This document shows, one piece after another, positions 54,994 to 64,000 of a stretch of 64,000 bases of DNA (positions within the stretch are counted from its first letter, which is position 1; every line of letters starts with the position of its first letter). The notes beneath the pieces are model-generated. The model was given only the letters and a program-made list of their open reading frames with translations, did not search any database and was not told where the DNA came from. Position numbers and translations under genes: made by a program. Source of the DNA: Planctomycetota bacterium (GTDB lineage: Bacteria; Planctomycetota; UBA8742; UBA2392); NCBI GenBank assembly GCA_020638635.1, contig JACKIE010000003.1, positions 68,362 to 132,361 of the forward strand, given 5' to 3'.

Positions 54994-55818
54994 TTAGATC
55001 CACTCCGGCTCGGCGTTGCTGGTGATGAAGCCGCGCTCGCGCCCGAGTTTGAGGAATAGCCTTACGGCCTGCATGCCCTTGTCGCCGATGTCGATGGTGT
55101 AGTCGTTGACGTACATGCCCACGAACTTGTCTGCCCTTGACCGGTCAAGGCCACGGCCGTAGGTCAGGGCGTAGTCCAGCGCCTCCTGCCGGTGCTCGAG
55201 CGCGTACCTGATGCTGGCGCTGAAGCACTTGCTGAACTGGGCAATCACCTCGTTGCCCAGGTCGCGGCGCGCGACGTTGCAGCCCAGCGGCAGCGGCAGC
55301 TCGTACTTGGTGTGCCACCACTCGCCAAGGTCAACCACCTTGAACAGCTTGAGGTCGTTGTAGGTCACCTGCCCCTCGTGGATGATCACGCCGGCGTCCA
55401 CGCGGCCATCCAGCACCGCATGCTGCACCTGATTGAAGGGCAGGTTCACGAGCTCGACGTCGTCGTTGTAAAGCCGCATGGCCAGCGTGGCGCTGGTGAG
55501 CGGCCCGGGCACGGCTACCTTTCGCCCCTTGAGCTCGGCGGGGTTCAACGGCTCATTGCTGACCAGGATCGGCCCGTAGCGATCGCCCATGCTGGCGCCC
55601 GCGCGGGTGATCACATACTTGTCGGCGATGTACGGGTAGGCGTGGAAGCTGACGGCCGTGACCTCGAGTTCGTTGCGCCTGGCGCGCTGGTTGAGCGTCT
55701 CGATGTCGCACAGCTCGTGGTTGATGGTGAGCCAGCCGGTGTCGATCTTGTGGTTTGCCAGCGCATGGAACATGAAGGCGTCATCGGCATCCGGCGAGTG
55801 CGCGACGGTGATGGACAT
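54994..55818 (-). CDS. MqnA/MqnD-family protein (menaquinone via futalosine pathway)
   Basis: ITVAHSPDADDAFMFHALANHKID has the periplasmic-binding-protein-like fold typical of the MqnA/MqnD family. I preferred ATG 55818. The track start 55869 would translate the heptamer array (SKIQNPKSK). Confidence 0.65.
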   Translation of the reverse strand: MSITVAHSPDADDAFMFHALANHKIDTGWLTINHELCDIETLNQRARRNELEVTAVSFHAYPYIADKYVITRAGASMGDRYGPILVSNEPLNPAELKGRKVAVPGPLTSATLAMRLYNDDVELVNLPFNQVQHAVLDGRVDAGVIIHEGQVTYNDLKLFKVVDLGEWWHTKYELPLPLGCNVARRDLGNEVIAQFSKCFSASIRYALEHRQEALDYALTYGRGLDRSRADKFVGMYVNDYTIDIGDKGMQAVRLFLKLGRERGFITSNAEPEWI

Positions 55819-55960
55819 TTTGGATTTTGGATTTTGGATTTTGGATTCAGACTGCTGGCCTGCGCTCATGGTTCACTCCGTATCTCGAAACAGTCCCGGC
55901 AGGCCTTGATGCAGGCTTTGCGCGGCAGCGTCAATCCCCAATCCAAAATCCAAAATCCCT
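55818..55960. repeat. About 143-bp empty inverted-array element: (TTTTGGA)4 ... (AATCCAA-type)4
   Basis: TTTTGGA x4 at 55818-55845, an 87-bp spacer, then AATCCCC AATCCAA AATCCAA AATCCCT at 55933-55960. The right end runs into the TAG stop of the HD-GYP gene, and the left end abuts ATG 55818. Confidence 0.85.
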
Positions 55961-58076
55961 AGCGCGCGGCCTTCTGGGCGTCATTCGCGTCGGCCATGCG
56001 CAGCACCTTGAGTTTCAGCTTCTCCCAGATTCTCGTCTCAACGAACAGGTTGACCACCTCCGGGTCGAGGTCGCCTTCGTCCGCCATGGCCTGCAGGATC
56101 TTGATCGCGCGCTCCAGCGGGATGGCCGGCTTGTACGGCCGGTCACTGGCGGTGAGGCTGTCGAACACGTCGGCCACGGCCATGATGCGCGAGCCAAGCG
56201 GAGTCTGCGCCGCAGGCACGCCGTTGGGGTAGCCGCCGCCGCGCATCTTCTCGTGGTGCTGGCCGGCGATTTCGGGCACGTGGGCCAGGTCGTCGGTCCA
56301 GGGAATCTGCTTGAGGAACTTCCATGAGTCGGCAACGTGGCCTTCGATCTCCTTGCGTTCCTCGTTGTTCAGCGTGCCGCGCCTGGTCTGCAGGCTCTCG
56401 TATTCGTCCTTGCTGAGCAGGGGCAGGATCAGGTCGCCGATGCGGCGCGGATTCTCGAAGATGTCCTTCAGCCGCTTCTCGCCGTCCTCTGACAGGAACA
56501 CCGGCTTTGTGTGGGTGTGGATGAACGCCAGGTCGTCATCCAACGTCTTGATCTGCTGCTCCAGCTCGTCGCGGATGGCCTGCAGGTATTCGTCAGTAGC
56601 GGTGCCTTCGGCGTAAAGCTGCGCCTGGCGGCGCATCGCGTCCAGCTGCAGCTCGCGGCGGATGATCTCGCCCCGGAAGTCTATGGCCTGCGCCTGCGCC
56701 GGGTACAGCTTCTCGGCCTTGGTCAGCACATGCTCGCGCACGCCGATCTTGCCGAAGTCGTGCAGCAGGCCGGCGTAGTGCAGCTCGACCATCTCCGCGT
56801 CGCTGAACATTTCGTTCGCGAAGGGGCCTTCCTTGGCCCTATTGACCTCATCGGCGATGGCCATGGTCAGGCGGTCTACCCGGCCGGAATGGCCGGCCGT
56901 GGCGGGGTCGCGCTGTTCCACGGCCTGCACGCAGGCGATCACGAAACGTTCGAACAGGTTGGTGATGGCGTCCATCAACCGCACGTTTTCGATGGCAACG
57001 CCGGCCTGGCTGCCGAGGCTGGTGGCCAACTCCACGTCTTCGTCGGTGAAGGGGATGATGTTTCCGGTGGGATCTCCCTTGAGATCAAGACGGTTGAGCG
57101 GGTTGCGCTTCTTGTTGATCAACTGCACGACGCCCACGACTTCGTCACTGGTGTTTTTGAGCGGCACGGTCAGCATGCTGCAGGTACGGTATCCGTACTT
57201 TTCGTCGATGTACTTGTTGAATTTATAGGGTGCCTCAGGGGGGAGCTTGTACACGTCGGACAGCGCGACAATCTTGCCGGTGATTGCTGCGTAGCCCGCG
57301 ATGCTCTCCAGGTTCGCAGGGAACACGATTTCCTCGAACGGAATCTCGCAGCTGTCGTTCTGGGCCGCGGCGAAGCGCAGGCTGAAAACCTGGCTGGTCA
57401 GCGCAGCGCGCTTGACCGCCACGGCGCGCGTGCGGCGCTCGGCACGACCCAGCACTTTGCGCCCGCTGAAGCCGGCGCCCTTGCCGCTTTCGATGATGTA
57501 AATGCTTCCGGCGTCCGCATCCATGATGTTGCGGGCCTCAGTCAGCACGACTTCGAGCAGATCGTGCAGCACGCGGATGTCGGAAAGCGCCGTGCCAATG
57601 CGGTTGAGACGCGCCAGCTTGTCGCGTGACGCGGTACTGGAACCTTCACTGAACGCGCGCGAGCGCAGCCATGCAAGCTCGCGCGCGCGCGGGATGAAAC
57701 GATCAAACGCAGCCTGCTTGATGGGCAGGCCGAAGTGGTCGTCGTAAACCGGGTCGTCGATGCGCTGCTCTCCGAAGGTGGCCAGCACGGTGGACGGCGC
57801 GCGGTCCTCGATCAACTGCTGGCTCAAGGGTGCGGCCGCGGAATCGACCAGCAGAACGGCACCGTTGCGGAGGGTGAAGTGGCCGGTCTGGTCGGGCGCC
57901 GCAACCTCGATGATCTGGTCCCGCGACTCGCTGAACGCGGGCGACGCGGTCAGGGCAGCCATCACCGCTCGGCGACGGACTTCGTCCTGGCCGTACACGA
58001 TGAAGGTCAGCGTCTGCTTGCTGTCGGTGATCGCGATGCGTGTGTACAACCGTGACGTCGCGGAGCGCATGGGCAA
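55959..58076 (-). CDS. HD-GYP domain phosphodiesterase with a GAF domain
   Basis: HDFGKIGV and HHEKMRGGGYPNG (HD-GYP). A GAF-like central region and a degenerate receiver-like N-terminus. Confidence 0.85.
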   Translation of the reverse strand: MPMRSATSRLYTRIAITDSKQTLTFIVYGQDEVRRRAVMAALTASPAFSESRDQIIEVAAPDQTGHFTLRNGAVLLVDSAAAPLSQQLIEDRAPSTVLATFGEQRIDDPVYDDHFGLPIKQAAFDRFIPRARELAWLRSRAFSEGSSTASRDKLARLNRIGTALSDIRVLHDLLEVVLTEARNIMDADAGSIYIIESGKGAGFSGRKVLGRAERRTRAVAVKRAALTSQVFSLRFAAAQNDSCEIPFEEIVFPANLESIAGYAAITGKIVALSDVYKLPPEAPYKFNKYIDEKYGYRTCSMLTVPLKNTSDEVVGVVQLINKKRNPLNRLDLKGDPTGNIIPFTDEDVELATSLGSQAGVAIENVRLMDAITNLFERFVIACVQAVEQRDPATAGHSGRVDRLTMAIADEVNRAKEGPFANEMFSDAEMVELHYAGLLHDFGKIGVREHVLTKAEKLYPAQAQAIDFRGEIIRRELQLDAMRRQAQLYAEGTATDEYLQAIRDELEQQIKTLDDDLAFIHTHTKPVFLSEDGEKRLKDIFENPRRIGDLILPLLSKDEYESLQTRRGTLNNEERKEIEGHVADSWKFLKQIPWTDDLAHVPEIAGQHHEKMRGGGYPNGVPAAQTPLGSRIMAVADVFDSLTASDRPYKPAIPLERAIKILQAMADEGDLDPEVVNLFVETRIWEKLKLKVLRMADANDAQKAAR

Positions 58077-58099
58077 TTCCTCGCGCCGGAGTATATCAA

Positions 58100-58927
58100 C
58101 TAAGGTCGCGAAACGGTGGTGCGCTTGCTCCAGTCGAACTTGAGTCGCAGCGTGTCGAAGTACGAGCGCGTCGGGTGGGCAATCAGCGTCAGCGGCGCCG
58201 CGGACTTACGCAGTTGCACCACGTCACCGCCGTTCAGATTGGTGGTTCCTTCGCCGTCCATGGTGATCGTCAGCGTGTCTTCACCTTCGATGCGCAGCTC
58301 CAGGTCGCCGCCGGCAGGCAGCACCAGCGGCCTGAGGCTGAGCGTGTGCGGGCACATCGGTGTCAGGATCAACGCACTTAGCTCCGGGTGCAGCAGCGCT
58401 CCACCGGCTGCCAGGTTGTACGCCGTGGAGCCCAGCGGCGTGCTGACGATCAGCCCGTCGCCGAAGTAATCGGCCAGCAGGGCCCCGTCGTAGTGAGCGA
58501 ATACGTGAGACATGCGTTTGTCGGGCGCGCGCTGCAGAACGACGTCGTTCACCACCACTCGCTCGATCCGTTCGCTGCCATGGGTGATGGTCACGTTGAG
58601 GAGCAAGGATTGGCGGGTCGGCAGTTCGCCGTGGACTACCTTGTGGAGGTTCACCAACAGCTCAGGCAACTCGTACTCGGCCAGGAAGCCGAACTTGCCG
58701 AAGTTGACGCCTAGCAGAGGAACCTGGCGCTCGCCCAGGCGACCCGCAGCACGCAGAATCGACCCGTCGCCACCGAAGTTGATGACCAGGCGTGGTGGTT
58801 GCCTTTCGAGGTCGTGGCGTTGATCGAGGTCTATGACCACCTCTTCCAGCTCACGCAACAGGGGCTCGACCTGGGCAATCGCATGCACCACGTCCGCCCG
58901 CTGACTGTCGCCGACGAGTAGGATCAT
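58100..58927 (-). CDS. nadK: NAD kinase
   Basis: GGDGSILRAA, NFGKFGFL, STPLGSTAY. Confidence 0.9.
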   Translation of the reverse strand: MILLVGDSQRADVVHAIAQVEPLLRELEEVVIDLDQRHDLERQPPRLVINFGGDGSILRAAGRLGERQVPLLGVNFGKFGFLAEYELPELLVNLHKVVHGELPTRQSLLLNVTITHGSERIERVVVNDVVLQRAPDKRMSHVFAHYDGALLADYFGDGLIVSTPLGSTAYNLAAGGALLHPELSALILTPMCPHTLSLRPLVLPAGGDLELRIEGEDTLTITMDGEGTTNLNGGDVVQLRKSAAPLTLIAHPTRSYFDTLRLKFDWSKRTTVSRP

Positions 58928-60933
58928 CCGCTGACGCTGCTTCCGGTGGCCACGTTCCGTTCGCTGCCGCTTTCGCTATCGGCCTTGCGCAGACCCATGC
59001 GGCGCTCGATGCTGGCGGCGATGCCGGCCGGGTCGAGGCCCACTTCCTGCAGCACCTCGACGCGCGAACCGTGATCGACGAAGCGATCGTCGATGGCCAG
59101 CACCTCGATCTTGCCGCTTTCGAGCCTGGCCCGGTTGGCGAACTCCAGCACGATGCTGCCGAAGCCGCCGCGCCGCACGTGCTCTTCGACCGTAAAGACA
59201 TGCGCATGCTTCTCGATCAGCTTCGCGAACAGGCTTTCATCGAAGGGTTTGGCGAAGCGCGCGTTGACCAGGGTCAGGCGCTTGCCGTGGCGTTCGCGGA
59301 TCAGCTCGATCGCTTCCAGCGCATGGTAGACCATCGAGCCGTAAGCGATCACCACGCCGTCGTCGCCCTCCACAAGCACTTCCGCCTTGCCGAGCTCGAG
59401 CGGCGGGCCGGCTGGCAGCTCCAGCTTGAGCGAGGGCGACTGCGTGCGCGGGAAGCGCACCGCGGCCGGCAGGCTCAGCTCAAGGCCGAACTCCATCATG
59501 TTACGCAGTTCCGTGGCGTCGCGCGGGGCCATCAGCACGGTGTTCGGCAGCATGCTGATGTAGGCGATGTCGAACACGCCGTTGTGGGTGGCGCCGTCGG
59601 GGCCGACCAGGCCCGCGCGGTCCAGCGCCATCAGCACCGGGCACTTGATCAGGGCCAGTTCCTGGAACAGCTGGTCCACGCTGCGCTGCATGAACGTCGA
59701 GTACACCGCGCAGATCGGCTTCAGGCCGCCGAGCTTGAGGCCCTGGGCGAAACCCACGGCGTGCTGCTCGGCCATGCCGACGTCGTACACGCGATCGGGG
59801 TACTTCTGCTGTACCTTCTCGAGGCCCGTGCCCTGCAGCATGGCGGCCGTGATGGCGATGACCTTGGGGTCCTTCTCCATCAGCTCGAAGGTCTTGTCGA
59901 TGAACACGTCGGTATAGGCCGGGCCGCCCGCGCGCCGGAACTCCTTGGGCAGGTGGGCGGTCAGCTTGCTGTGGGTCTTGGCGGCGTGGTAGGCGTAGTG
60001 GTCCGGCTCGTCGTTGTTGAAACCCTTGCCCTTCTTGGTCATCACATGCAGCACCACGGGCTTGGGCACGCGGGCTGCGTTCTCGAAGGCTTCCAGCAGC
60101 GTGGGAATGTCGTGGCCGTCGATGGGGCCGTAATAGAAGTAGCCCAGTTCCTCGAACAGCACGCCCGGGTGGGTGGCGGGCATCAGGCCGTGCAGGCCGG
60201 CCTTGACGTGATCCAGCACGTCGTGCACGGCGCGGCCGAAGCTGCCAGCCTGCTCGTCGAGCAGCTTGAGCATCTTCTTGATGTCTTTCTTGGCGCTTGT
60301 GTAGGCCTGGCTGGTGCGGAACTTGCTGAAGTAGTTGGCCAGCGCGCCGGTGGCGGGTCCGATGCCGTGCTCGTTGTCGTTGAGCACGATCAGGTACTTC
60401 AGGTCGCGCATGTCGCCGCCGTGGTTCAGCGCCTCCAGCGCCTGGCCCTCCTGCAGGGCGCCGTCGCCGATCACGGCGATGCTGGTACGCTCGGTGAAGC
60501 CCTGGCGCTTGTTCGCCACGGCGATGCCCAGCGCGGTGCTTAGTGAAGTGCCGCCGTGGCCGGTCTTCACGCGATCGTAGGCGCTTTCCTTTGGGTCGGG
60601 AAAGCCGGATATACCGTGGTACTGGCGCAGGCTGCCAAACCTGTCGCGGCGGCCTGTCAGCAGCTTGTGCGGGTAGCACTGGTGGCCGACGTCGAACACC
60701 ACGCTGTCGCGCTGCAGCAGCTCATAGTAGTAGTGCAGGGCGATCGTCAACTCGACCGTGCCGAGGCCCGAGCCCAGGTGGCCGCCCGTACGGCCGGCGA
60801 CGGTCTCGATGATGAACTGGCGCATCTCCTCGGCCAGCCTGGGCAGGTCGCTGACGGCGATCTGCTTCAGTCCTTCCGGGGTGTTCGCTTGTTCCAAAAG
60901 CTGGTACATCCGTGTCTCTGCTTTGTCCGCCAA
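58924..60933 (-). CDS. dxs: 1-deoxy-D-xylulose-5-phosphate synthase
   Basis: GHLGSGLG, GDGALQEGQALEALNHGG (ThDP motif), and the transketolase-like Pyr and C-terminal domains. Confidence 0.95.
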   Translation of the reverse strand: MADKAETRMYQLLEQANTPEGLKQIAVSDLPRLAEEMRQFIIETVAGRTGGHLGSGLGTVELTIALHYYYELLQRDSVVFDVGHQCYPHKLLTGRRDRFGSLRQYHGISGFPDPKESAYDRVKTGHGGTSLSTALGIAVANKRQGFTERTSIAVIGDGALQEGQALEALNHGGDMRDLKYLIVLNDNEHGIGPATGALANYFSKFRTSQAYTSAKKDIKKMLKLLDEQAGSFGRAVHDVLDHVKAGLHGLMPATHPGVLFEELGYFYYGPIDGHDIPTLLEAFENAARVPKPVVLHVMTKKGKGFNNDEPDHYAYHAAKTHSKLTAHLPKEFRRAGGPAYTDVFIDKTFELMEKDPKVIAITAAMLQGTGLEKVQQKYPDRVYDVGMAEQHAVGFAQGLKLGGLKPICAVYSTFMQRSVDQLFQELALIKCPVLMALDRAGLVGPDGATHNGVFDIAYISMLPNTVLMAPRDATELRNMMEFGLELSLPAAVRFPRTQSPSLKLELPAGPPLELGKAEVLVEGDDGVVIAYGSMVYHALEAIELIRERHGKRLTLVNARFAKPFDESLFAKLIEKHAHVFTVEEHVRRGGFGSIVLEFANRARLESGKIEVLAIDDRFVDHGSRVEVLQEVGLDPAGIAASIERRMGLRKADSESGSERNVATGSSVSG

Positions 60934-60974
60934 AGTGGCAAATAGCCGAGTTTAGCCGCCCGGGCCGGGTGGTT

Positions 60975-61877
60975 CTAGTGCGTACGAGCCACAAAGTAGT
61001 CGGCGATAGTGCGCAATCCTTCGGCCATTTTCAGGCCCTGCAACTGCTCGCAGGCCTTTGAAATCAGCTCTTCGGCGTATTTTTGCGCGCCTTCCAGGCC
61101 GTACAGACGAGGGTATGTCATTTTATTGCTGGCGCTGTCCTTGCCGGGCGACTTGCCCAGTTGCTCGGCCGTGGCGGTCTCGTCCAGGATGTCGTCAATC
61201 ACCTGGAACGCCAGGCCGATCGACTTGCCGTAGCTGCGCAGCTTCTCGAGGGTCTGCAAGTCGGCGCCACCCATGATGCCGCCGCAGACGACGGCCGCGG
61301 TGATCAAGGCGCCAGTCTTGTGCTCATGGATGTAGCGCAACTCGTCAGCGCTGGGCGTGCAGCCTTCGCCTTCCAGGTCGGCCATCTGCCCGCCCACCAT
61401 GCCCTCGAGACCCGCGGCGACGGCCAGCTCGCGACCTGCGGCAACCGCCTTGGCGGGATCACTTACATGGGTGAGGATGGCCTGGAAGGCGTAGGTGGCC
61501 ATGGCGTCACCTGCGAGGATGGCGGTGGCTTCGTCGAAGGCCTTGTGGCATGTCGGCTGGCCGCGGCGCAAATCGTCGTCGTCCATGGCCGGCAGGTCGT
61601 CGTGAATCAGGCTGTAGGTGTGGATCATCTCGAAGGCCGCGGCCACGGGCAGGGCGGGCTCGAGCTCGCCTCCGACGGCCTCGCAGGCCGCCAGCACCAG
61701 CATGGGGCGTAGGCGCTTGCCGCCGGCCTGCAGGGAATAGCTCATGGCTTCGACCAGGCGTCGGGGCGCGTCGGATTGTGGCCACGCATAGCGCTTGAGC
61801 GCCTGCTCAACCAGCGGATTCATCCGGCTGAGCAGGCGCTCGAAGTTGTCTTTACTGCGGGTGCTGTCCTTCACCAC
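60975..61877 (-). CDS. ispA: Polyprenyl (farnesyl/geranylgeranyl) diphosphate synthase
   Basis: First DDxxD-type motif [17 protein letters not shown] and second motif FQVIDDILD. Confidence 0.9.
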   Translation of the reverse strand: MVKDSTRSKDNFERLLSRMNPLVEQALKRYAWPQSDAPRRLVEAMSYSLQAGGKRLRPMLVLAACEAVGGELEPALPVAAAFEMIHTYSLIHDDLPAMDDDDLRRGQPTCHKAFDEATAILAGDAMATYAFQAILTHVSDPAKAVAAGRELAVAAGLEGMVGGQMADLEGEGCTPSADELRYIHEHKTGALITAAVVCGGIMGGADLQTLEKLRSYGKSIGLAFQVIDDILDETATAEQLGKSPGKDSASNKMTYPRLYGLEGAQKYAEELISKACEQLQGLKMAEGLRTIADYFVARTH

Positions 61878-61891
61878 GATTGTCTTGTGCT

Positions 61892-63991
61892 CTAGGCCCC
61901 GGGCTTCACTTCCGCGCCGGTCTTGGGCCGGGCCTTTTCGTTGTAGTGATTCGGTTTCGGCGCGATTTCCAGCTTGCGGTAACGGCCGTCGCGAATCTTG
62001 GCGGTCTTCTGGTCGCCCTCTTCGTAGATCAGGGGGCGCAGGTCGCGCTCGACGGCTTCGCCCGTCTCGCTGATCTCCGCGCCTTTGACCACATTGACGA
62101 TCTGCGGACGCAGGAAGAACAGCAGGTCGGTCTTGCTGGTGGTGCGGTTAGCGCTCTTGAACAGATAGCCCAGGAATGGGATGTCCTTGAGGAACGGCAG
62201 ACCGTTTTCGTCCATGCGTTCACGCTCACGGATCAGGCCTCCCATCACGAGTGTTTCACCGTCGCGGATGAACACGTCGGTCTTGCTCTCGCGCTTGCTC
62301 AGAACCGGTGTGTTGTTGCCTTCGATGGCCACGTTACCGATCACTTCGCGAACCGTGACGATGACCTCGAGACGGATCAGCCCGTTCTCCAGCACCGTCG
62401 GCGTCACTTCCATGACGATCGATACTTCCTTGAACGAAACCGAGGCCGTGGTGGTGCCGCCGCTGGCGCCGGAGGACTCAAGGTAGGGTATTTCCTGACC
62501 AACTTCGATCCGGGCCTTCTGGCGGTTGCTCACCATCTGGGTCGGCTGGCTCAATGTTTCCACCCTGCCCTCGTTCGCCAGCAACTCCAGCCGTATGTCG
62601 ATACGCGGGTTTGTGAACGTGGCAAAGAACGGGTCAAAACCAGTGGGCTGCCCGAACAGGCCGCCGACGGTGCCCGAGGTTGTGTCCTGGGAGCCGCCGG
62701 TGAAGCGGCCGTTATTCAGGTTATCGGCCGAGTGGCTGGTGAACAGCTCCAGGCCGTAGCCCATGTAATCGTCTAGACCTACCTCGATCAGCTTGGCCGT
62801 GATCAGCACCTGCTCAGGCGCGGTATCGAGGGCCGTCATGATGGTATCGACGTCCTTGATGCGGGACTCCAGCTCATAGACCACGATGCTGTTGCGATCC
62901 GGGTTGGTGATGACTCGGCCGTTCTCGGAGAGCACGCCCTGCACCTGGGTGAGCATGGCCTGGTCCGAGGCATTGCGCGTCATGCGGTACTCGCGGACGA
63001 CGAGTTTGTCCGCGGTACTGGAGAGCTGCATCTGGAGGGCGGCAGACTTTTCCACCAGCGGATCCAGGAAGTCGCTGAAGCGCTTCACATAGTCTTCGTA
63101 GTCGTACACCATTACGAAGTCCGTGGCGTCGTCGGTGACCAGCTTGCCGGCAGGACTAAGCAGGTTCTGCAGTTCGGTCTTAAGCTTGGCCATGTCGGCG
63201 CCCGGGATCACCCAGGATTTCGAGGTGATCGGCTTGGTGGGGTCCTTCTGGCCGATGTCCTCTGCCCGAACGTCCTTGTAGGTGAACTGATAGGCGATTT
63301 CCGTGCCTGCCACCGCATCCTTCACCGGTACTTCGGTGAAGGAAAGGTCGCCCAGCGCGGCGAGCCGCTCCAGAATCACTTCGGGCTTGGCCTCGCGCAT
63401 ATAGATGCTGATTTTGCGCTCCTGGATGCGCGTTACGCGCTGTTCCTGCTGCTGCTCCTCTTCCCCGCGGGGCGGCGCCTGCTGCTGGTCCGATGGCGGA
63501 ACGGCCGGCACCAGCACCTGGGCTTTGGTCACGGAAGCAACTTCCATGATGGCGGCAACCAGCTCGTGGCTTTCGAAATTGACGTTGAAGCGTCCCTCTT
63601 CTTCGCCCTTCACTACGTTCGCCAATGCTTCTTCCTGGGGGCGGCGCTTGATGATGATGACTTCGCCGTCCTCGATGTAGTCGAGCTTGTTGGCCTTGCA
63701 GATCGACTGGATCGCGTCTTTGGGCTTCACGTTGCGGAACATCACCGTCAACTTCACGTTGACTTCACCCTCGACGATGATCTGCAGCCCCGAGCGCAGC
63801 GCGATGTAGTGCATCACGGTGTGCAGGTCTTTCTGCACGAAATCCACCGTGATGGGCTCATTCGGATCAGGCTCGAACTTCTCATCGGCAGGCGGCTCCG
63901 GATCCTGCGCGGGCAAGCCGGCGGCGAACAGCCCCGCCACGATCAGCAGAAGAAGCGGCAGAACAATGCCGCCACGGGTCAGCTTAGCCAT
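61892..63991 (-). CDS. Secretin (GspD/PilQ family outer-membrane channel)
   Basis: Signal peptide, N-domains, and a C-terminal secretin domain ...VLSKRESKTDVFIRDGETLVMGGLI...GLPFLKDIPFLGYLFKS. Confidence 0.85.
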   Translation of the reverse strand: MAKLTRGGIVLPLLLLIVAGLFAAGLPAQDPEPPADEKFEPDPNEPITVDFVQKDLHTVMHYIALRSGLQIIVEGEVNVKLTVMFRNVKPKDAIQSICKANKLDYIEDGEVIIIKRRPQEEALANVVKGEEEGRFNVNFESHELVAAIMEVASVTKAQVLVPAVPPSDQQQAPPRGEEEQQQEQRVTRIQERKISIYMREAKPEVILERLAALGDLSFTEVPVKDAVAGTEIAYQFTYKDVRAEDIGQKDPTKPITSKSWVIPGADMAKLKTELQNLLSPAGKLVTDDATDFVMVYDYEDYVKRFSDFLDPLVEKSAALQMQLSSTADKLVVREYRMTRNASDQAMLTQVQGVLSENGRVITNPDRNSIVVYELESRIKDVDTIMTALDTAPEQVLITAKLIEVGLDDYMGYGLELFTSHSADNLNNGRFTGGSQDTTSGTVGGLFGQPTGFDPFFATFTNPRIDIRLELLANEGRVETLSQPTQMVSNRQKARIEVGQEIPYLESSGASGGTTTASVSFKEVSIVMEVTPTVLENGLIRLEVIVTVREVIGNVAIEGNNTPVLSKRESKTDVFIRDGETLVMGGLIRERERMDENGLPFLKDIPFLGYLFKSANRTTSKTDLLFFLRPQIVNVVKGAEISETGEAVERDLRPLIYEEGDQKTAKIRDGRYRKLEIAPKPNHYNEKARPKTGAEVKPGA

Positions 63992-64000
63992 TGAATCCCC

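Overview
This is a high-GC bacterial chromosomal segment. I saw no rRNA, CRISPR array, transposase, integrase or phage genes. Most of it is housekeeping: mfd, rpoD-dnaG, tRNA-Glu(CUC), a partial dcw cluster (mraZ-orf-rsmH-ftsL-ftsI-murE-murF-mraY), pyrF, aroA, a NifS-like cysteine desulfurase and nadK-dxs-ispA. It also carries a secretin, two Ser/Thr kinases, a multi-PDZ HtrA-like protease, HEAT-repeat proteins, an HD-GYP/GAF protein and many secreted hypothetical proteins. The gene mix resembles Planctomycetota/PVC-type genomes, but that is inference only. Many long ORFs in the track are antisense shadow ORFs typical of high-GC DNA, and several real genes have over-extended N-termini in the track. 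I trimmed those to starts with a ribosome-binding site or signal peptide.

Most interesting observations:
1. A minus-strand gene at 20084-20776 is unbroken except for three in-frame TGA codons. They sit on both Cys positions of an HMA-type metal-binding motif (UxxU) and on the first Cys of a thioredoxin-fold CxxC (UxxC). This is a candidate triple-selenocysteine lipoprotein that the ORF track splits into fragments.
2. A family of elements is built from short-period (7-10 nt) tandem arrays in inverted pairs. One carries a four-helix-bundle (23S rRNA IVS-protein family) gene wedged between a ferredoxin gene and the desulfurase gene (53301-53747). One carries an unknown gene (8868-9906). Two are empty, about 150 bp each (18950-19106 next to tRNA-Glu, and 55818-55960). 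Several supply the stop or start codon of the neighbouring gene.
3. A 26-nt GC-rich palindromic unit (GTAGGGGCGGCCCCACGTGGCCGCCC) donates TAG stop codons to three genes. A near-identical copy lies in frame inside aroA, which also carries a second palindrome pair in an apparent insertion.
4. Four genes at 41694-45778 form a tandem array encoding seven copies of one uncharacterised secreted domain.
5. A TPR protein carries two RNA polymerase alpha-CTD-like domains and sits next to a Ser/Thr kinase.
6. A low-GC two-gene island lies at about 10.5-13.6 kb, with a C15 homopolymer upstream of one gene.

All calls come from reading the translations and DNA by eye. No searches or folding programs were run.
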